DNA of 59,370 bases, counting the filler, from Dugesia japonica (taxonomy: Eukaryota), in the NCBI GenBank assembly GCA_001938525.1. It is 6 parts of 6 records of this genome, joined end to end, with 100 filler letters (N's around TTAATTAATTAA, not from the genome) between each part and the next. Parts side by side here need not be neighbours in the genome. Positions count along the whole stretch, not along the records: positions 21,124 to 31,506 come from MQRL01630173.1; positions 31,607 to 40,658 come from MQRL01628070.1; 4 more parts are not named here. The stretch is one strand, 5' to 3'. Shown here piece by piece: positions 23,700-38,335 of this stretch. Positions within the stretch are counted from its first letter, which is position 1; every line of letters starts with the position of its first letter. The notes beneath the pieces were generated by a model that had not been told where the DNA came from, made no database searches, and saw nothing but the letters and a program-made list of their open reading frames with translations. The translations under genes were made by a program, and so were the position numbers.

Positions 23700-24860
23700 A
23701 AATCGAACTAAATAAAGATAAAAATAATATCAAAAGTCAAGCAACCAACAGATCTAATGTCCATTCTTTTAAGAAGATCAGAATATTTGCCATTATCAAG
23801 AACAATTGATTCTACCATAGCCTTATAGTAGTGGTTTTTAAATGCTTTTATTAGCCTCATATTTAAAGGGTGAAGAATGAAAGTTGTATTTTTTGTCAAA
23901 AATAGTAATTCTAAATTGCTGTATGTAATGAGAGAATGACTGGCAATATTATCCAAAAGTGGTAAGTTTAGCATCTTAATATTTAGACCAGCACACCAAC
24001 CATCAAACATCCATTCATTTCTACTGCTCAAGCTTTCAACTTATATTGCTCACAAATCGAAATTTTTAAAGGGTCTAGAATATTTTGACTTTTCAATGAT
24101 AATTGACTTTAGATCTTCACTCACCATTCTCAAAAATAGTAAACAGTGACACGTTCCTTTATCTGCTTTACTCATCTGTAGTAATCTGATTAAGTGACAA
24201 TACTCTTGCTTGGAGAACTTTTGTAATTAAAGACCGTCAAGTCACAATTCCAAATATCGTTTGGTTTCAAAATCTGCTTTTTTTGTTCAAAATCTCAAAG
24301 AATTCGGGTATTTTAGATTAATCGGCCGATTTTCCTGAATTTGTCCAACTATACATTTGATGCCTTAAACTTATCCAAAACTATCTCACTTGTTTTTTTC
24401 AAACAAATTGTTGTAATCACATGACCATTTAAAGCGATGTTATTTCTTCAAAGGCTGCAAATGACATAGGCAGGATCATCTATCTGTATAAACAAATCGG
24501 TTTTAGAGTAGTATTAGGTTGAGATTTCGAATTGGTAACTGCATTTTGTAGTAGATCCGAATGAAATTCAATATTCTTTTTAATTCTAGGTATAGTTCTA
24601 TTCCTTGAATTATATTTATAGTTTTTTATAATTTATAGAACCAGATTCCTTATGAACACATCAATATGTTTGGCTCGTTTGCGTTATATACTTATAATCA
24701 TATATTGCTCCAAACTTCGAAGTCTTTGTTTTTAAAAATGGAAATGTTTTTTAATAAAATGGAAACCATAAAAGCATGTATGATTTATTGAATATCTTTA
24801 CGATGACCCACAAATTTAAATTCCCATAAAATAGAGGATCCCCAAAGAGAGGTTAAACTG
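23700..24860 (-). mobile_element. pogo/Tigger transposon pseudogene
   Basis: IWNCDLT, KERVTV, LLDNIASH and ILHPLNMRLIKAFKNHY motifs. TIR-like TA-CAGTTTAACCTCTCT at 24860. Confidence 0.85.
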
Positions 24861-25244
24861 TATTATTAAAAACAAAAAAAATGATAGTAGTTTTATCAAT
24901 TTATCAGTTGTTGAAAATAATCCATTCAGTGTTGATTGATCATTAAAGCTTATTTCAAATATAAGAAAACTGTATGCCCATTTCTTGAGTTTTAGAGGAT
25001 CCTAAATAAAAATATTAATAATATTTATTAAAAAATAATATTACCTGAAAAGCATAAATAGCTGCTTTCTTCACGAAAACCATTTCAATTTTTTAATAAT
25101 TTTGAGCTTTCCCACATTTGATATTAATGGAAGACATTATCTTTTGTAAAAAATGAATTTCAATTTTATAATAACGAAAATATTGGTAAACATCAATAAT
25201 CATNNNNNNNNNNNNNNNNNNNNNNNNNNNNNNNNNNNNNNNNN

Positions 25245-26060
25245 CTAATAAAATACAAGAAAGGTTAATTAAACTTTTATATAAATTTATTAAAATTCCA
25301 AGTAACGTAATCCTAATTTCACAAGTTAAATTATGTGAAAATGCATACATTTTTAATAAATTAAAAAAAAATTTATAAGTATGAAATTTAAATAACAATT
25401 AAATTTGTAATAAATTAATTGTATTTATTAAACTAATCATCAAAAATTTAAATCATCANTAATTAAAAGTCNACGAATTAATCGTAAGTGATCAAATGAA
25501 ATCATAATAAAAGTCATAATATCCTAATTTCACAAGTTAAATTATGTGAAACTGATTACATTTTTAATAAATTAAACAAATTTTGTCTAATTTCATTACA
25601 TTTGTCATATTCTTAAAATCTGAAACATAATTCATGTTTTTAATGGTCAAGTTGGATGGTTGGTAAAAATCTNNNNNNNNNNNNNNNNNNNNNNNNNNNN
25701 NNNNNNNNNNNNNNNNNNNNNNATTAAATTTGTAATAAATTAATTGTATTTATTAAACTAATCATCAAAAATTTAAATCATCATTAATTAAAAGTCGACG
25801 AATTAATCGTAAGTGATCAAATGAAATCATAATAAAAGTCATAATATCCTAATTTCACAAGTTAAATTATGTGAAANNNNNNNNNNNNNNNNNNNNNNNN
25901 NNNNNNNNNNNNNNNNNNNNNNNCATTTGTCATATTCTTAAAATCTGAAACATAATTCATGTTTTTAATGGTCAAGTTGGATGGTTGGTAAAAATCTAAG
26001 AAAATCCAAGGAAGGTTTATTAAACTTTTATATAAATTTATTAAAATTCTAAGTAACTTA
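25245..26060. repeat. Near-identical ~325-bp tandem duplication flanking small gaps (possible assembly artefact)
   Basis: 25398-25672 is repeated at 25723-25997. Confidence 0.8.
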
Positions 26061-26409
26061 ACACATATTTCAAACTTATAAGTATGATTATAAGTATGAT
26101 TATAAGTTATAAGTATGATTAAAAAAGTAAAGATAGCAAATTACCACATTAGTCATATCCTGATTATTATAATAGCAATAAACCAGCTTCGAATAAGTAC
26201 AAAAAGCCATCAATTGTAAAGTATTAAAGGACCAAAAATAGCGTTAACTAACAATGCAATAAAATAGTAAAGATAAATAAAACACTGGCTTTAAACTTTA
26301 AATTTTGACTCGTAATAAATAAGACTCAGATTGAATTGAAATTGATTTTTTTAATATTGTTTACATACATAGCGAACTTTCCAAACTTCTAAACTGAATA
26401 TTGCCCGTA

Positions 26410-26830
26410 GAGAAGATAATATTAATGTTAACATTGCCCGGCGAGCAGCTAGACCGCAATGTGAACATTGTTTGGGGTGCGACTAATGCTAAAAGACATT
26501 TAGTTAAATGTACTTGTTCATTTTAATACTTTTATCATTTTATTTGTTGTGTATAAAATTTATTGATATTTAACTATGATATTCTTGATCAATGTAAAAT
26601 TCAGAGTCAAATAATGTGAAACAAGATAAAATCATAAATTTCACTTAATTTAAACAAACTTGTCATGAAACGCTTTTCATTTCAATTAAAAATTAAATTT
26701 CGGTTATTTAAACAAAAGATTATAAAAATCTATCATTTTAAACAAACAATCTTAAAAATTAGTTAATTTTAGCAAGAAACATCAATTTCGCTTAATTCAA
26801 ACAATGAATTGCATTTCAAATGATTACGTA
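26410..26830 (-). repeat. Second member of the repeat family at 10150-10500, inverted
   Basis: AATTTCACTTAATTTAAACAA at ~26637 is the exact reverse complement of TTGTTTAAATTAAGTGAAATT at ~10347. ATTGCCCGGC at ~26433 mirrors GCCGGGCAAT at ~10478. Confidence 0.65.
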
Positions 26831-28319
26831 ATTATAACGTAATATTATACGAATTTCTTCACCGGTGCCCATATATAATGCATAAATTTCTGTTTCGCTT
26901 TATGTCTATTACGTATTTGGCTAAACCCAATTTGACTGACTTGTAAAGCAGTGTTGGTACAGAGAATTCCAATCTACTAGAGTTACTGTTTTGTATTTTA
27001 TTTGTTACTGAACAACAAAAATCATTTGCGATAAGTAAGTATATTTGATAATTTTATCAAACATTAAATTATATTATATTTTTTTTACTGATTTTGTCTT
27101 AATTGTCATACTTTATTCNACTAATTTTATTATTTAAAACACAATATTTGGTTTTAATGAAGACACATTTTTAAATATTTACAGGTTTTATACAAAAAGA
27201 TTGTAAAACAGTTTTCTAATTAAATAAAATAATAAAACGTTTTTAAGTTCAATAGAATGTAAGAAGATGAAATAAAATCTAAAAGAACCCACTAAATATT
27301 GAATATATTATAAAGATAAATAAAGATAATAATAAAATGTTAAAATAATTGTTTGACTAGGTTATACTTTAGGAATAGTTATAAGAAAAAATTGTTTTTC
27401 TATTCATTTCTTTGTAGTATAAATATTTTTGCCATGTTTTTATTGATTTTACTGAAAATGTAAAATAAATTTTTTAGAAAATTTAAAAATTAATTATTTA
27501 CTGAATATAAATTGAATTATTGTTCTAATAATTATATAATACGAGCAATTGAGTAGATACGAAGATTGTCAACAATATTATCACAATTATTTCATTAACA
27601 ATCAATGTGAAATGAGTAATCTGAAAAAATATAAAATAAAGTAAGAGTGATTAAAACAAAATTATTAATTAAACTAACTGTTTATTTTAAAATTTAAAAT
27701 ATGTAAAAATATTTAATAATTTTATATAAAATTTATGAAGTTTATATTTATAATATTACATCTATAAATAATTTAACGCGAAATGTTCAACTGGTGATAT
27801 AGTTTACGATCGTGTAGATAGTAAATTAAATTCGTCATTGAGGAGCTTAAGGGGATGTACGCTTTCGTGGAAGATAGATTGGGAAATCTGACGGTAACTA
27901 TCATTTTACGATTCAAATATAACAATATTTATATTTTCCATTTATTTAAAGGAACATTTTAATTTAAAGATAAAAAACGTGCAAGATCATTATAGTTTGT
28001 TTAGATCTTATGACAATTTATTAGCTATTTATTAATATTTTTCATATTTTAAAGAAAACTTAAAATATCATTTTGAAAATGTACTTGTACAAATTCATAT
28101 TTAAGTCTGAAAACTCTGTATTCTAATATTACCAACAATATTCACCGTCAAATCTGTTATGGATGAGATATGAAATTATTGTAATTTATAAAGTATCAAA
28201 AAGTTCAAAATCAGGGTTTCTAACTTACAGCTTGTGTCTCTTTCAATTAAGTAGATAGTAGCACACATAAACAAAAACCTCTTCTTTAAAGTAGAAAAAA
28301 CAGTTTTTTGTTTCAATAT

Positions 28320-28606
28320 ACTACCATGATAAAAAAATACCTGATCAACTCAATTTAAAATGAAACAAACTATTTATTCAACACAATTTTAGTTATCACC
28401 TTCGAAGAAGTCTCCATTAACCTCAATGCACATATGACAGTGTGTAATCCAATTTTCAAATGCCTTCTGGAACTCCTTCTTTGGTATACTTAACAACGCA
28501 TCCTTCGTTTTTTGTTTGATCTCTTCATTGGTATCAAAACGTTTTCCTCGAAGTGGTTTTATCAGCCTATTAAATAGGAAGAAGTTGCAAACAGCCATAT
28601 CTGGTT
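28320..28606 (-). mobile_element. mariner transposase C-terminal fragment
   Basis: PDMAVCNFFLFNRLIKPLRGKRFDTNEEIK...FQKAFENW...CIEVNGDFFEGD. Confidence 0.9.
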
Positions 28607-28929
28607 AATATATATAATATGCAATTATCCAAAATAAGTTTAAATGATCACGTAATAATCACTTATCTTTGCTCGAGAATTCATATATCTTTTATCAATT
28701 TCAAATAATTGGATAAAAGTAATTATATCAATAACAGTGGATATTCGATAATTATTCAAAGGTTTCAAAACATACGTTTACTATGATAAATAAAAATTAT
28801 CCAAATTTTGTATTAATTAATAAATGTTCTCTGCTTTATATTGACATTTTATTAGTTTTGTACTAATTATTATACATTTTATTTTAATTAATGATTAATT
28901 ATTTAGTCATTCAAAAACAATTAGTTCAA

Positions 28930-29830
28930 TAAATAATCATCTATTAAGTGTCCATCTCGTTTCATTACTTGTTTCTAACGGTATATCGAATGACTCAACG
29001 ATTCCTTCCGCAACACCACTGTGGTGTTGAAATTTTACCGGAACGGATGTTGTTGTATCGATCAGAATAATTAATAAGTGGGCGGTTCAATGTCTGGAAA
29101 ATAGGGTTTATGTAAAAGAACACTACAGTTCAGCTCCATAGTTTTCCAAAGAATCGCTTTTGTATTGTATGGTCCGATGTTATCTAAATACAGGATAACG
29201 CTTCTTATATCATCCAATACAGAATGTTTACGTTGGATAGCATCTTTTAATCGCGTCAATTGCCTACAAAAGAAATATTCAGTAACAGTTTATATTAGAT
29301 AATTAGGTGCGCATTCCATCAAACACTAAGCGAAATCTTTTCCATGGATATTTTTCTTCAAAGTTGATTTTAAAATTTGTTTTGGTGAGAGCCATTGGTT
29401 TTTTTTGTGTGATCAAACTTTACTAAACTCTCATCACCAGTATCATTTGACTAAGAAAAAGGTTTCTGTCTTATTAAATAAGCAACGAATTACAGATGGA
29501 TAATCGTTGTATTTTCATTAATTTCAGTCAATTGATGAGAGGCCCAATTTTTCTAAGGTTTCCTTTTCCAATTTCATGTGGATAACCAGATTTTGTTAAC
29601 CTAGATGACTTTCATCTATATACTATCTCATCCAGGGTCATTCAAGGATTTTCCTCTGCTAAAGTCTTGATCACCGATTGCAAATAGTTTTCCTGGTCTC
29701 ATCTTATCCACCAGAGCAATGTTACATAATCAAAACTTTGCAAATAATTTAATTGATTAAGTAAAAACCTTTGTGTATGTACAATTTAGGTATTTTATCT
29801 GATTTATTGCAAATTTGATGTAAATGTATA
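28930..29830 (-). mobile_element. Highly decayed mariner transposase
   Basis: TGDE, LTRLKDAIQRKH...VILYLDNIGPY and HKPYFPDIEPPTY (equivalent to HPPYSPDLAPSDY). Confidence 0.8.
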
Positions 29831-30789
29831 TGAAAACAAAAAATCCACTATTTCAAAAATTTATAAATGTTCTTTAATAAATCTTAAATAAATCCTTTTA
29901 TTCAATTCTATAGACTTTTAAATAGATTGATTTTTTTAGATGTAATCCTTACCACTGAAAGGATTTGGTTTATTATGCGTGAGATAAGATGGCTACATGA
30001 GAAGATCGCTACAAAGTGAATAGTTAATCAATTAAATTATACAAATCTTTATATATATTATCAACATAATTTATATTCTTGAATTCTAGTTTAATGAATT
30101 CTAGTTTTTAACCTGATGAAAATTCATTAATACATATATGATCATATTTTGTAAGTCGTTATGCAGGATTCGATTCATGTTCATATCAACACAGTTTCAT
30201 TTAATAATTTAAACAAATTAATTACAGATCTCAAAATGACTACAATTGCTAGCAACTATAAGACTGTTTTTAATATCATACTGAAGAATTTTCATTTCTA
30301 TTGAGTTCTTGTAGCTAATTATTGGACAACTTCCTGAATTTAAGAAAATAATTGTATACTTGCAGTGTTGCCTACAACTTGTGACAACCAGAAATTTCAT
30401 TTCACTTGTTATTACTTGTGAAATGTTTCCTTTATAGATAATATTTGAATTCATAATTTTATTCTTTGAGTATTTGTTGATTCATATAAAAATGACTTGC
30501 AATTATTATTATCTTATGTGATTAATTTAAACTATATTAATTAAATATAAAATATTGTAATAAATTAAAATATATTATGTCGGAGTATTTTAAATACAGT
30601 ATTCAGAAAAATCTATTCAAATGGTTAGCTTGTAACCACACACACATTAGACAAAATACAGCTTTGTCCTTTTAGTTTTTGTAATAATTTTATTGTTGAT
30701 CAATTTTGTTTGACACGATTAGTAATAAACACCTCAATTACAAACTTAAATTACTAGTATTACACAACAACGAAAGCATCAAATAATGC

Positions 30790-31506
30790 CTTTCTTCGCG
30801 GGATTTCCAGTTTTACGATTTCCTGGGAAATTTACCAAAAATGTCATTCTCGATTTCCAGGGAAACGAGAATACATTCCCGAAAAACGAAAGTTCACTCT
30901 CGGGAAATTTAATTAACATTTAATCTTAAAGATAAACAAGAAAAATATAAAAGAAATGTGTTAGAAAAAATGTAATGTCTTAAATTAACATTTTATGTAC
31001 TTAATAACTCACCTATGAATTTTGGAGATCAAAAATATATATTCTTTGCTATAAAGTTGTTTAAAAGTAAAAAAATCTACACAGAAATATAGTTCATTTA
31101 ATTTGAATTGCGAATCTAATTTAACAATTAAATTTTAATTTTTCTTGCAAGTTTACTTTTATTAAACCTAACAAAAATATTATTAAACGTAATGTGATAT
31201 AATAAACGTTATGTTTAATATAATATGTTTGAATATTTTAAATTAAAATAAATTCTAAATAAAAATTTTTAATTTTAAGGAGATAAAACATGTCAACAGA
31301 AAAAAATTGGAGATCATACTTACGTGAAAGGGTGGTTTTACATTTCAGATGAATCGTCATCTACAAATACAGCATGGAATAGATTTGATAACTTTGAACA
31401 ATAAAATCGAAGTGCTAGCTACACTTTCCCCAAAAACATTTGATAAATTTTAATAAATATCAGTAAGAAGTAAACAGAAAACAGCCTTAACAGTACAACC
31501 TAACCG
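30790..31506 (+). mobile_element. Possible hAT-like element 5' region with TTCC(C)GGGAA-type subterminal repeats
   Basis: Cluster of TTCCNGGGAA / TCGGGAA motifs at 30795-30910. Confidence 0.35.
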
Positions 31507-31606
31507 NNNNNNNNNNNNNNNNNNNNNNNNNNNNNNNNNNNNNNNNNNNNTTAATTAATTAANNNNNNNNNNNNNNNNNNNNNNNNNNNNNNNNNNNNNN
31601 NNNNNN
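31507..31606. other. Artificial contig linker
   Basis: 44N-TTAATTAATTAA-44N. Confidence 0.97.
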
Positions 31607-34600
31607 AAAATGAAGCATTAAAGCAGGAAATAAATAGTACCAAAGCCAAAACTCAATAGCAAATAAATACGATACAAGAAACTTAAAATCGAGAGCAGAA
31701 AACATTCGAAAAGTTGAAACGAGAGCATCAGTATCTTCGGCAACAAGTAGTTCAGAATAGGTTGAGAGCAAGAGGAATGACAAATTCTAATGCAGAACAG
31801 ATTAATATGATGTGTACAAAGAAAATATGAGACGATAAGTCATAGAAAAATCATCCCGTATTTCGAAGAAAGATAGAAAGAAAATTAGAACTCGCTGAAG
31901 ATTTTAGAGTTTTTATTGATCGGAAAGCATATTTTTAATAATAAATCACTTAATTGAATTCATGGAATTGAGGGATTTATATGCAGTTACTAAAATGAAT
32001 TTCGGAACTCAATCAGAAGATAATAAAACGGAGTTAATGACAGAAACTAATTTATAAAATCGTGATAACCCAAAAAATGGTCAACAACAATCCAAAAATG
32101 GTGGGACCGTCAATCGAGAAATACGTATATGTAACAAGTAATGATGAAACAACATCCATGCCATGCGGATATTATAATCAAGAGAAAAATCAAATTTAAA
32201 GCGCCTACAGTCGAAGGATTTATAGTAGCAATAAATGAACTAAAGTGGCCGAAACTATTATATAAATATGTACTGTGTTCAAGATAATAAAAACATTAAT
32301 TGGTCAAGATATTTTTAAAGAACATATTTCAGTATATGGAGTAGGACCGGGAAAATTCAGCTTTTACAATTGCTAGAAAATGATAGTCTATATCCAAAAA
32401 AACAGTCACTGTGGATGCATTTATAATATGGTACAATAATTGAAAATATCGAGTAATTGGAAAAGACATTTTTTAAACATACAATGTGGTCACGAACTTT
32501 ATCGGCAGTCAAAAGAATTCGGCCAGAAGGATGATTAAGTAAAAAAAGGAAAACCAAAAGTATCAAAGAACTCAGTAAAATGCGATTATAATGCAAAACA
32601 AGGAGTGGAAATAATGATCAACCTAGTTTTAGCAAANNNNNNNNNNNNNNNNNNNNNNNNNNNNAATCATAAACAAGAGAATACATCGAAATAAAACTGA
32701 GAAGAACTAGAGGAAAAAATATGAGATTGATCGAAAAGAATATTGAGCCCTAATGAATCATATAGTGGAATTAACAGAACCTGGACATGTAGATGCAACA
32801 ACTAAATTACCATGGAAGTATATGATCGATTAATATGAAAAGGATATTTTAGAAGGGTCAACTACTGCTGATTATAGAATTAGTGCGATGGGAGCGATAA
32901 AACCCGCCCATGATTTATATGAGTGTGAGATGTGATTAATTATAATAATGATAATTAAATATTTTATGTTATGTAATTGTATGTTTGCATGTATGCCAGA
33001 AAAATCTGATATGTTTGACTGTTTGATGACATAATTACCAACAGGGTCAATTGGGTAATTACTATACCTGATCCCAATATATATACACATAGCATTGTTG
33101 TGAAATACATATTTTGATTTCATTACTTATCTCTCTCTCTTATTATTACTTAACAATGAGTATGGCTTATTTGCCTGAAGAACAAATATGTATATAAATA
33201 AGTACAATCACCGGTTTGGATATCAAAATATTCCTCGAAAATTGGTACTAATGTGAACTATATTACATTGTATAATCTGTTCTTCAGTTGGAATTATTAA
33301 TAGGAAGCGGTGAATGAGCACATTTGCATCTATGGATTGAATCCCGGTAGTGCAACTGAAGTAACATTGTTTGAAAGCAAAAGATGTTTTTATTTAAAGT
33401 CTCAGTACGGTCACATTTACATCGTCGAAAAACAGAACAAATCATGAGATCATTAGATAGCGAAAATAAGAAAAACTTTATGGTATGTAATGATGTATAT
33501 TTGAAACTAAATGAAAAGACATCGTGATATATTGTCGGAAAGAAATCACTGAAGAGTACGAAAAAACCTTGGTAAAAGCATCAGGCATTTGGCTAGAATC
33601 GATTGTGGATATTTACTTGTTTTTTACATTTAAATCTATGGATTGAATGCTGGTGGTGCAACTGAAGTAAGAAAGCGAGAGATTGTTTTTATTTAAAGTC
33701 TCAGTTTCTCTNNNNNNNNNNNNNNNNNNNNNNNNNNNNNNNNNNNNNNNNNNNNNNNNNNNNNNNNNNNNNNNNNNNNNNNNNNNNNNNNNNNNNNNNN
33801 NNNNNNNNNNNNNNNNNNNNNNNNNNNNNNNNNNNNNNNNNNNNNNNNNNNNNNNNNNNNNNGAGAGCATTTTCGTGTAAGGTTGAGCTTAGTAAAGAAA
33901 GATAAAAGGAAAACTAGCATCGTAGTTACAGAAATTCAGAGCGAATCAACTGAACAAATAATAAAAAATGATGAAAAATTTGGATAAAATGTCGATATTT
34001 AGAAGCAGTGGATAATTTAGTAAAGGTAACTATAAGCTGAAAAGAAGTGATTCCAAAACAAAGTTATTGGAGAATGATGAATCTACTATGCTACACAATT
34101 TTCATTTCCAAATCAATTGGGAACTAAGGAGAAAATAGATGAAAATAACGAGAAGTTATTGAAACTTGATAAAAGAAACAACTGTTGGATCAGTCTGTGG
34201 AGTGACAATTTATTATCCTGTATTAAACAAAAGTAGAGAGTCTATACCAAGCTTGTCATCTTAAACTGTTAAAAATAATTTCAAATTACAATAATTGGAG
34301 AATTTAGAGATATATTAACTTCACTGCCTTTGCAAGAGGAATTAAATAGAAATAGAATCATATGTGATTATATATAGTTTGAAAAGAACGAAATAAATGA
34401 ACATCTAATTGGATTTAGATTACGACTTGGAGAAATAATAGGATTAACCTTATAAATCGTTGTCAAAAAACCCAAAAGATTTCGAATACTACGAATTTAT
34501 AAAATCCGAAATAACTTTCATGGATTCAACGACATAGATAGAGTATGTGCCACCCGGGGCATTCGTTAAAATTGCCACCACTAATACTTTTAAAAACAAA

Positions 34601-36020
34601 ATCTGACCGGTCTTACATGTAATTTAATGTACCATTTATTAAATACTTATATTGGTATAAAAACAAAAAAGCGCTGTAATTTAAGTAATAATAAGAATAT
34701 AAAATACACACAAAAATACAAATTATAAGATATTAAAAATAAATGAACTGAAAATATACTTTATAAACGAGACATGCAAAAGTTGTCTGTATACATTGGT
34801 ATAAAAATAAAAAAGCACAGTAATATAATGTAGCCATCATTAATTAAATCTGTTTTCAATCATCAACTGTTTATGTCAGAATGTCCCACCGATGAGTAGA
34901 AGACGAAATAATGCCTAAGGCGATCCAAAACCATGATAGATTGCTTTATTCATTTAGCAGATGAGGAAATTTAGCCGAAAGCTGAATTTGCAACAAAATT
35001 TGAACCATGTATGACCTTTAGATTGGCATTAACCAAAGTCGGGATGGTTATATAAAAAAAATTATAAACAAATGCAAAATTCAGAGATTAAAAATATAAT
35101 AAATCGATGTAATCATTTGAAGACAGTTTGATGAGAAATGTTCTGGGAATTAGTTAATAAATTGTTGGAAATGCACGCTAACAATGTACCAAAGCAATCA
35201 GTTAATGTTATAGTATATTTTCTGTATGAATCGGAGAAAGAATTTAAGATTAAAACCACTACAACTTTGGAAAAATTAATAAATGAAATACTAAATTATA
35301 TTAACAGGCAAATGCCAAGAGGAAAAGTAATTGGACTAGAAAGATAAGAGAAGACATCGAGATATATTGCGGAAAAGAAATCACTGAAGAGTATAAAGAA
35401 AACTAGAAAAAGCATCAGGCATTTGGTCAGGATTGATCATGGATATTTACGTGTTTTGGTAGACGATCAAGAAAGAAATTCGTATACTAAGAGAATACCA
35501 AGAATAACATTATGTAGAAAGACTATACAGTTATAATGTGCACGTGCCATGGAGGTTACAAATACATGTAGACAAACTAAATATTAATATAATACAAACG
35601 GTACGGGTAATACTGCCTCGACCTATATCCAGATCACAATATCAATCAACCCAAGAACTATGTTCAATAAAACATTTGTACGAATGAATGGCAGCAATAA
35701 TAACTAAAAAACAAAAACAATATTGTAGACACAGAGTAAAATACAACAATTTGCAACAGTTTTTAGACAAAAAAGTATGCCGATGCAAGAAGTGCAACAA
35801 TTATTGGATCAAATAACCAGCAGTGGTTTATCTATAAGATTTAAGTGAATTAACTTATCAAAAATCAAGATTAAAAGAGGAATGTGAATGTATGCCGAAG
35901 CATTTTAAAAATAATTACTAGGTGGCAAAGCAAGAAATGGAAGAAAAAAACCCTCTCAAATTCAAATTATTGAGCTGACGAATTAGAAAACAAGAGTAAT
36001 AATAATGGTTTATGAAACAG
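31607..36020 (+). mobile_element. Heavily decayed A-rich, probably LTR-retrotransposon-derived region with internal duplications
   Basis: Strong A skew and coding-like fragments. 33515-33620 is duplicated at 35351-35458, and 33328-33407 at 33633-33706. No intact diagnostic motif. Confidence 0.35.
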
Positions 36021-36875
36021 TGAATTAATTAATGTATAAGTTGTCTTTTTATTCACGATATTCAGAGATTCGGTAACACTGGAATTTTCATAGTTCTTAG
36101 ATATACTTATAAAATTTATGTAAACCTTTAAATAATTGTTTCAAATGACTAGCTGTCGAATGAGTATCCATAACTTCACTTATATTTGTAGTGCACAAAT
36201 GTCAATCTTGGATTCGGATTTGTTATACACTAGGCAGGCTTATAAATCTATTTGTTAATTGAATTATGCAACAAACAAGAAGTGAATACTCAAATATTTA
36301 TTTGAGATACACATGTTTACATTAAAATTAGTTTTTCTTCTAGTCTACATTTAAAGAATTTGTTGTCTCATTTATTGAGATAAGATAATATGAATTAAAT
36401 TGAATTTCAAGGAAGATTAATTTGAAATGTATTTTCATTTTGTGATTATTTATAAATTGAATACGATCTAACCAAACAAATATTAGTGATAATTATATTT
36501 AAAATTATTTAGAATTATATTAAAAATAAAAATTCAATATTATAAAACCAGCTTTGTTTAAATAAAATTTTGCCTAGATAGTGCTGCATCTACATATATT
36601 CTCATATGGAAAAACCAAACAATCAAATGTTGGGGTTCTACCTGAATTGGCGACGGAAGATGCGCGGCTGGGGAAAATCAGCCCTCGGGGGACCCTTTCA
36701 AGAATTTAATCTAATGTCCCAAGATTAGATATTCAGCGTAGAGTGGTTGACCTTCAACCTAATGCGAGGTTCACACTCGTACATCTTTGGTTCGGGTTCA
36801 CAATTATTTCCCTAGTATTTTAAAATACCCAAAAAAATAAACACCAGATTACTAATAAATTATATTGTTTCTAAG

Positions 36876-37237
36876 TTACATGCCATCTAGAGCACCCGGG
36901 TCTAACCACTGGGTCAGCTCATCTGGTATAAAGTCGAACAACACTGAATCGTCATTATCATCCCAGTTGAGGTATGCAGCATTACCCAGCTGGCGCGACA
37001 GGTCGGCAATGTAGCGCTTCAAGAATTCAACTTTGTGCAGCAGGAGCTATTTCGTGCTCTCAGTTAAATCATTTTGTTTCTTTACAATCACGTCCAACCG
37101 CTTTATCAGTTTATTGCGTTGCGTTAAGTGATAGAGCAAAGCATGCTCAAATTGGCGTTTAAGGTGTCTTTCGAGCAGAAGTTTCTGGATGAGTCGGTGA
37201 CACCGTCTTAGGCTACGGAGCAATTGAATACGTGGCA
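36876..37237 (-). pseudogene. Unknown coiled-coil protein exon (cassette B4), one internal TAG
   Basis: Phase-1 frame after CATTTTAG: PRIQLLRSLRRCHRLIQKLL...STK*LLHKVEFLKRYIADLSRQL...LDGM*. Confidence 0.55.
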
Positions 37238-37379
37238 CTAAAATGAGTGAAATATTAAAGATATCATAATAATGAACTATATTAGTTTTAATCTTGGACG
37301 ACAACAATTTTATTTTAAAGAAATAGAAGAGTGAACACGAAGTCATAACAACATGAAGAAAGGTTTATTCACAGAGTCA

Positions 37380-37753
37380 TATAAACACAGATAACTATGA
37401 CCATGGAGTTTGGGTACTTTTCTCTATCCTCAAGGGTTCGAGAGGCATTTTCTCCTTGACATGCAAGATGTCTCTAACCAGTTTATTCTCTAGGTCATGG
37501 TGGGACCGGATAATTTCCGCAAAGGACTCAACTTATTTTTTCCATACTCATTTTTGCATGTGGGAGGCTTCGGCTTCCTTTTTGCAGGCGATACATTTTT
37601 TCTTGTACCGAAGAACTTTACTATTTGCGGTGACCATCTCCGCCTCCCAGCGTCGTTTCGCAAGGCGATAGAGGTCCCAAGTCATTTCTTGGTCGTCACT
37701 GGCATCCGTCATCTTTTTGGTTGGAGCTGTAGTTCAGTTCAGTGATGAATGCA
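37380..37753 (-). pseudogene. Unknown coiled-coil protein exon (cassette B3), three internal stops
   Basis: Phase-1 frame after TTTTGTAG: ...MTDASDDQEMTWDLYRLAKRRWEAEMV...VESFAEIIRSHHDLENKLVRDIL. Confidence 0.55.
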
Positions 37754-37954
37754 CTACAAAATATATTTTATAAAAATTGGTACTTAATTTTAATATTTCA
37801 ACTTAGGCAAACCAGCTAAAATGACCGAGCACCCAAATTACAGGATCAACTTAAATGGACTTTACCGGTTAAAAGAAAAAGAAGTTAAAATTGCTTAACA
37901 CTTTTATTATATAATTTAGCCAATGAACAACAAAAAAAATTAAATTTATTGTCT

Positions 37955-38256
37955 TTACGCCACAGGCTTTGGTACATTGTTTTCCGATGCACCTCCACTA
38001 GCGTGGTTCCTTAAATCCCATAAGGTATTACCAATATCTATGGTAAACCTAGTATTCCGTGAAAGGTGGGTGACTGACACAGGTACAAATGCCGGACCGT
38101 CCTACCACGTACTAGTAATTTGATTAGTCACGGGATCTATGGTGGTAACACGATGCAGTACTTCTTGGGTGCGATCGGGGCCGTTCCACTGATAAAAAGC
38201 TTGGCGCTCTACCTCAGCCCTTTCTCGTTCATTTTCTGAGTCCGGGGCGGGAATAT
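37955..38256 (-). pseudogene. Unknown protein exon (cassette B2), one internal TAG
   Basis: 99-codon frame IPAPDSENERERAEVERQAFYQWNGPDR...PKPVA*. The acceptor would be a mutated TTCAA; AATAAA follows just after the stop. Confidence 0.45.
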
Positions 38257-38335
38257 TTGAATAATGAATGTTTATAATATATGAACAAAAGGAAATTCAT
38301 TTTATTTAAGTACAAAAATATGTAGGTCGCAAAGA

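Noticed and set aside
25398-25997. Functional tandem duplication
   Set aside because: Near-identical copies bracket small N gaps, typical of scaffolding overlap artefacts.
34885-34915. CCGATGA-GT-AGAAG-AC-GAAA hammerhead-like string
   Set aside because: The core has C instead of U, stem II is only 2 bp and there is no stem I.
14004-38104. Alternative genetic code or stop read-through to explain in-frame TGA/TAG/TAA
   Set aside because: All three stop types occur, together with frameshifts, only in mobile-element-like DNA. The host cyclase exons are stop-free and use TGG for Trp. Ordinary decay suffices.
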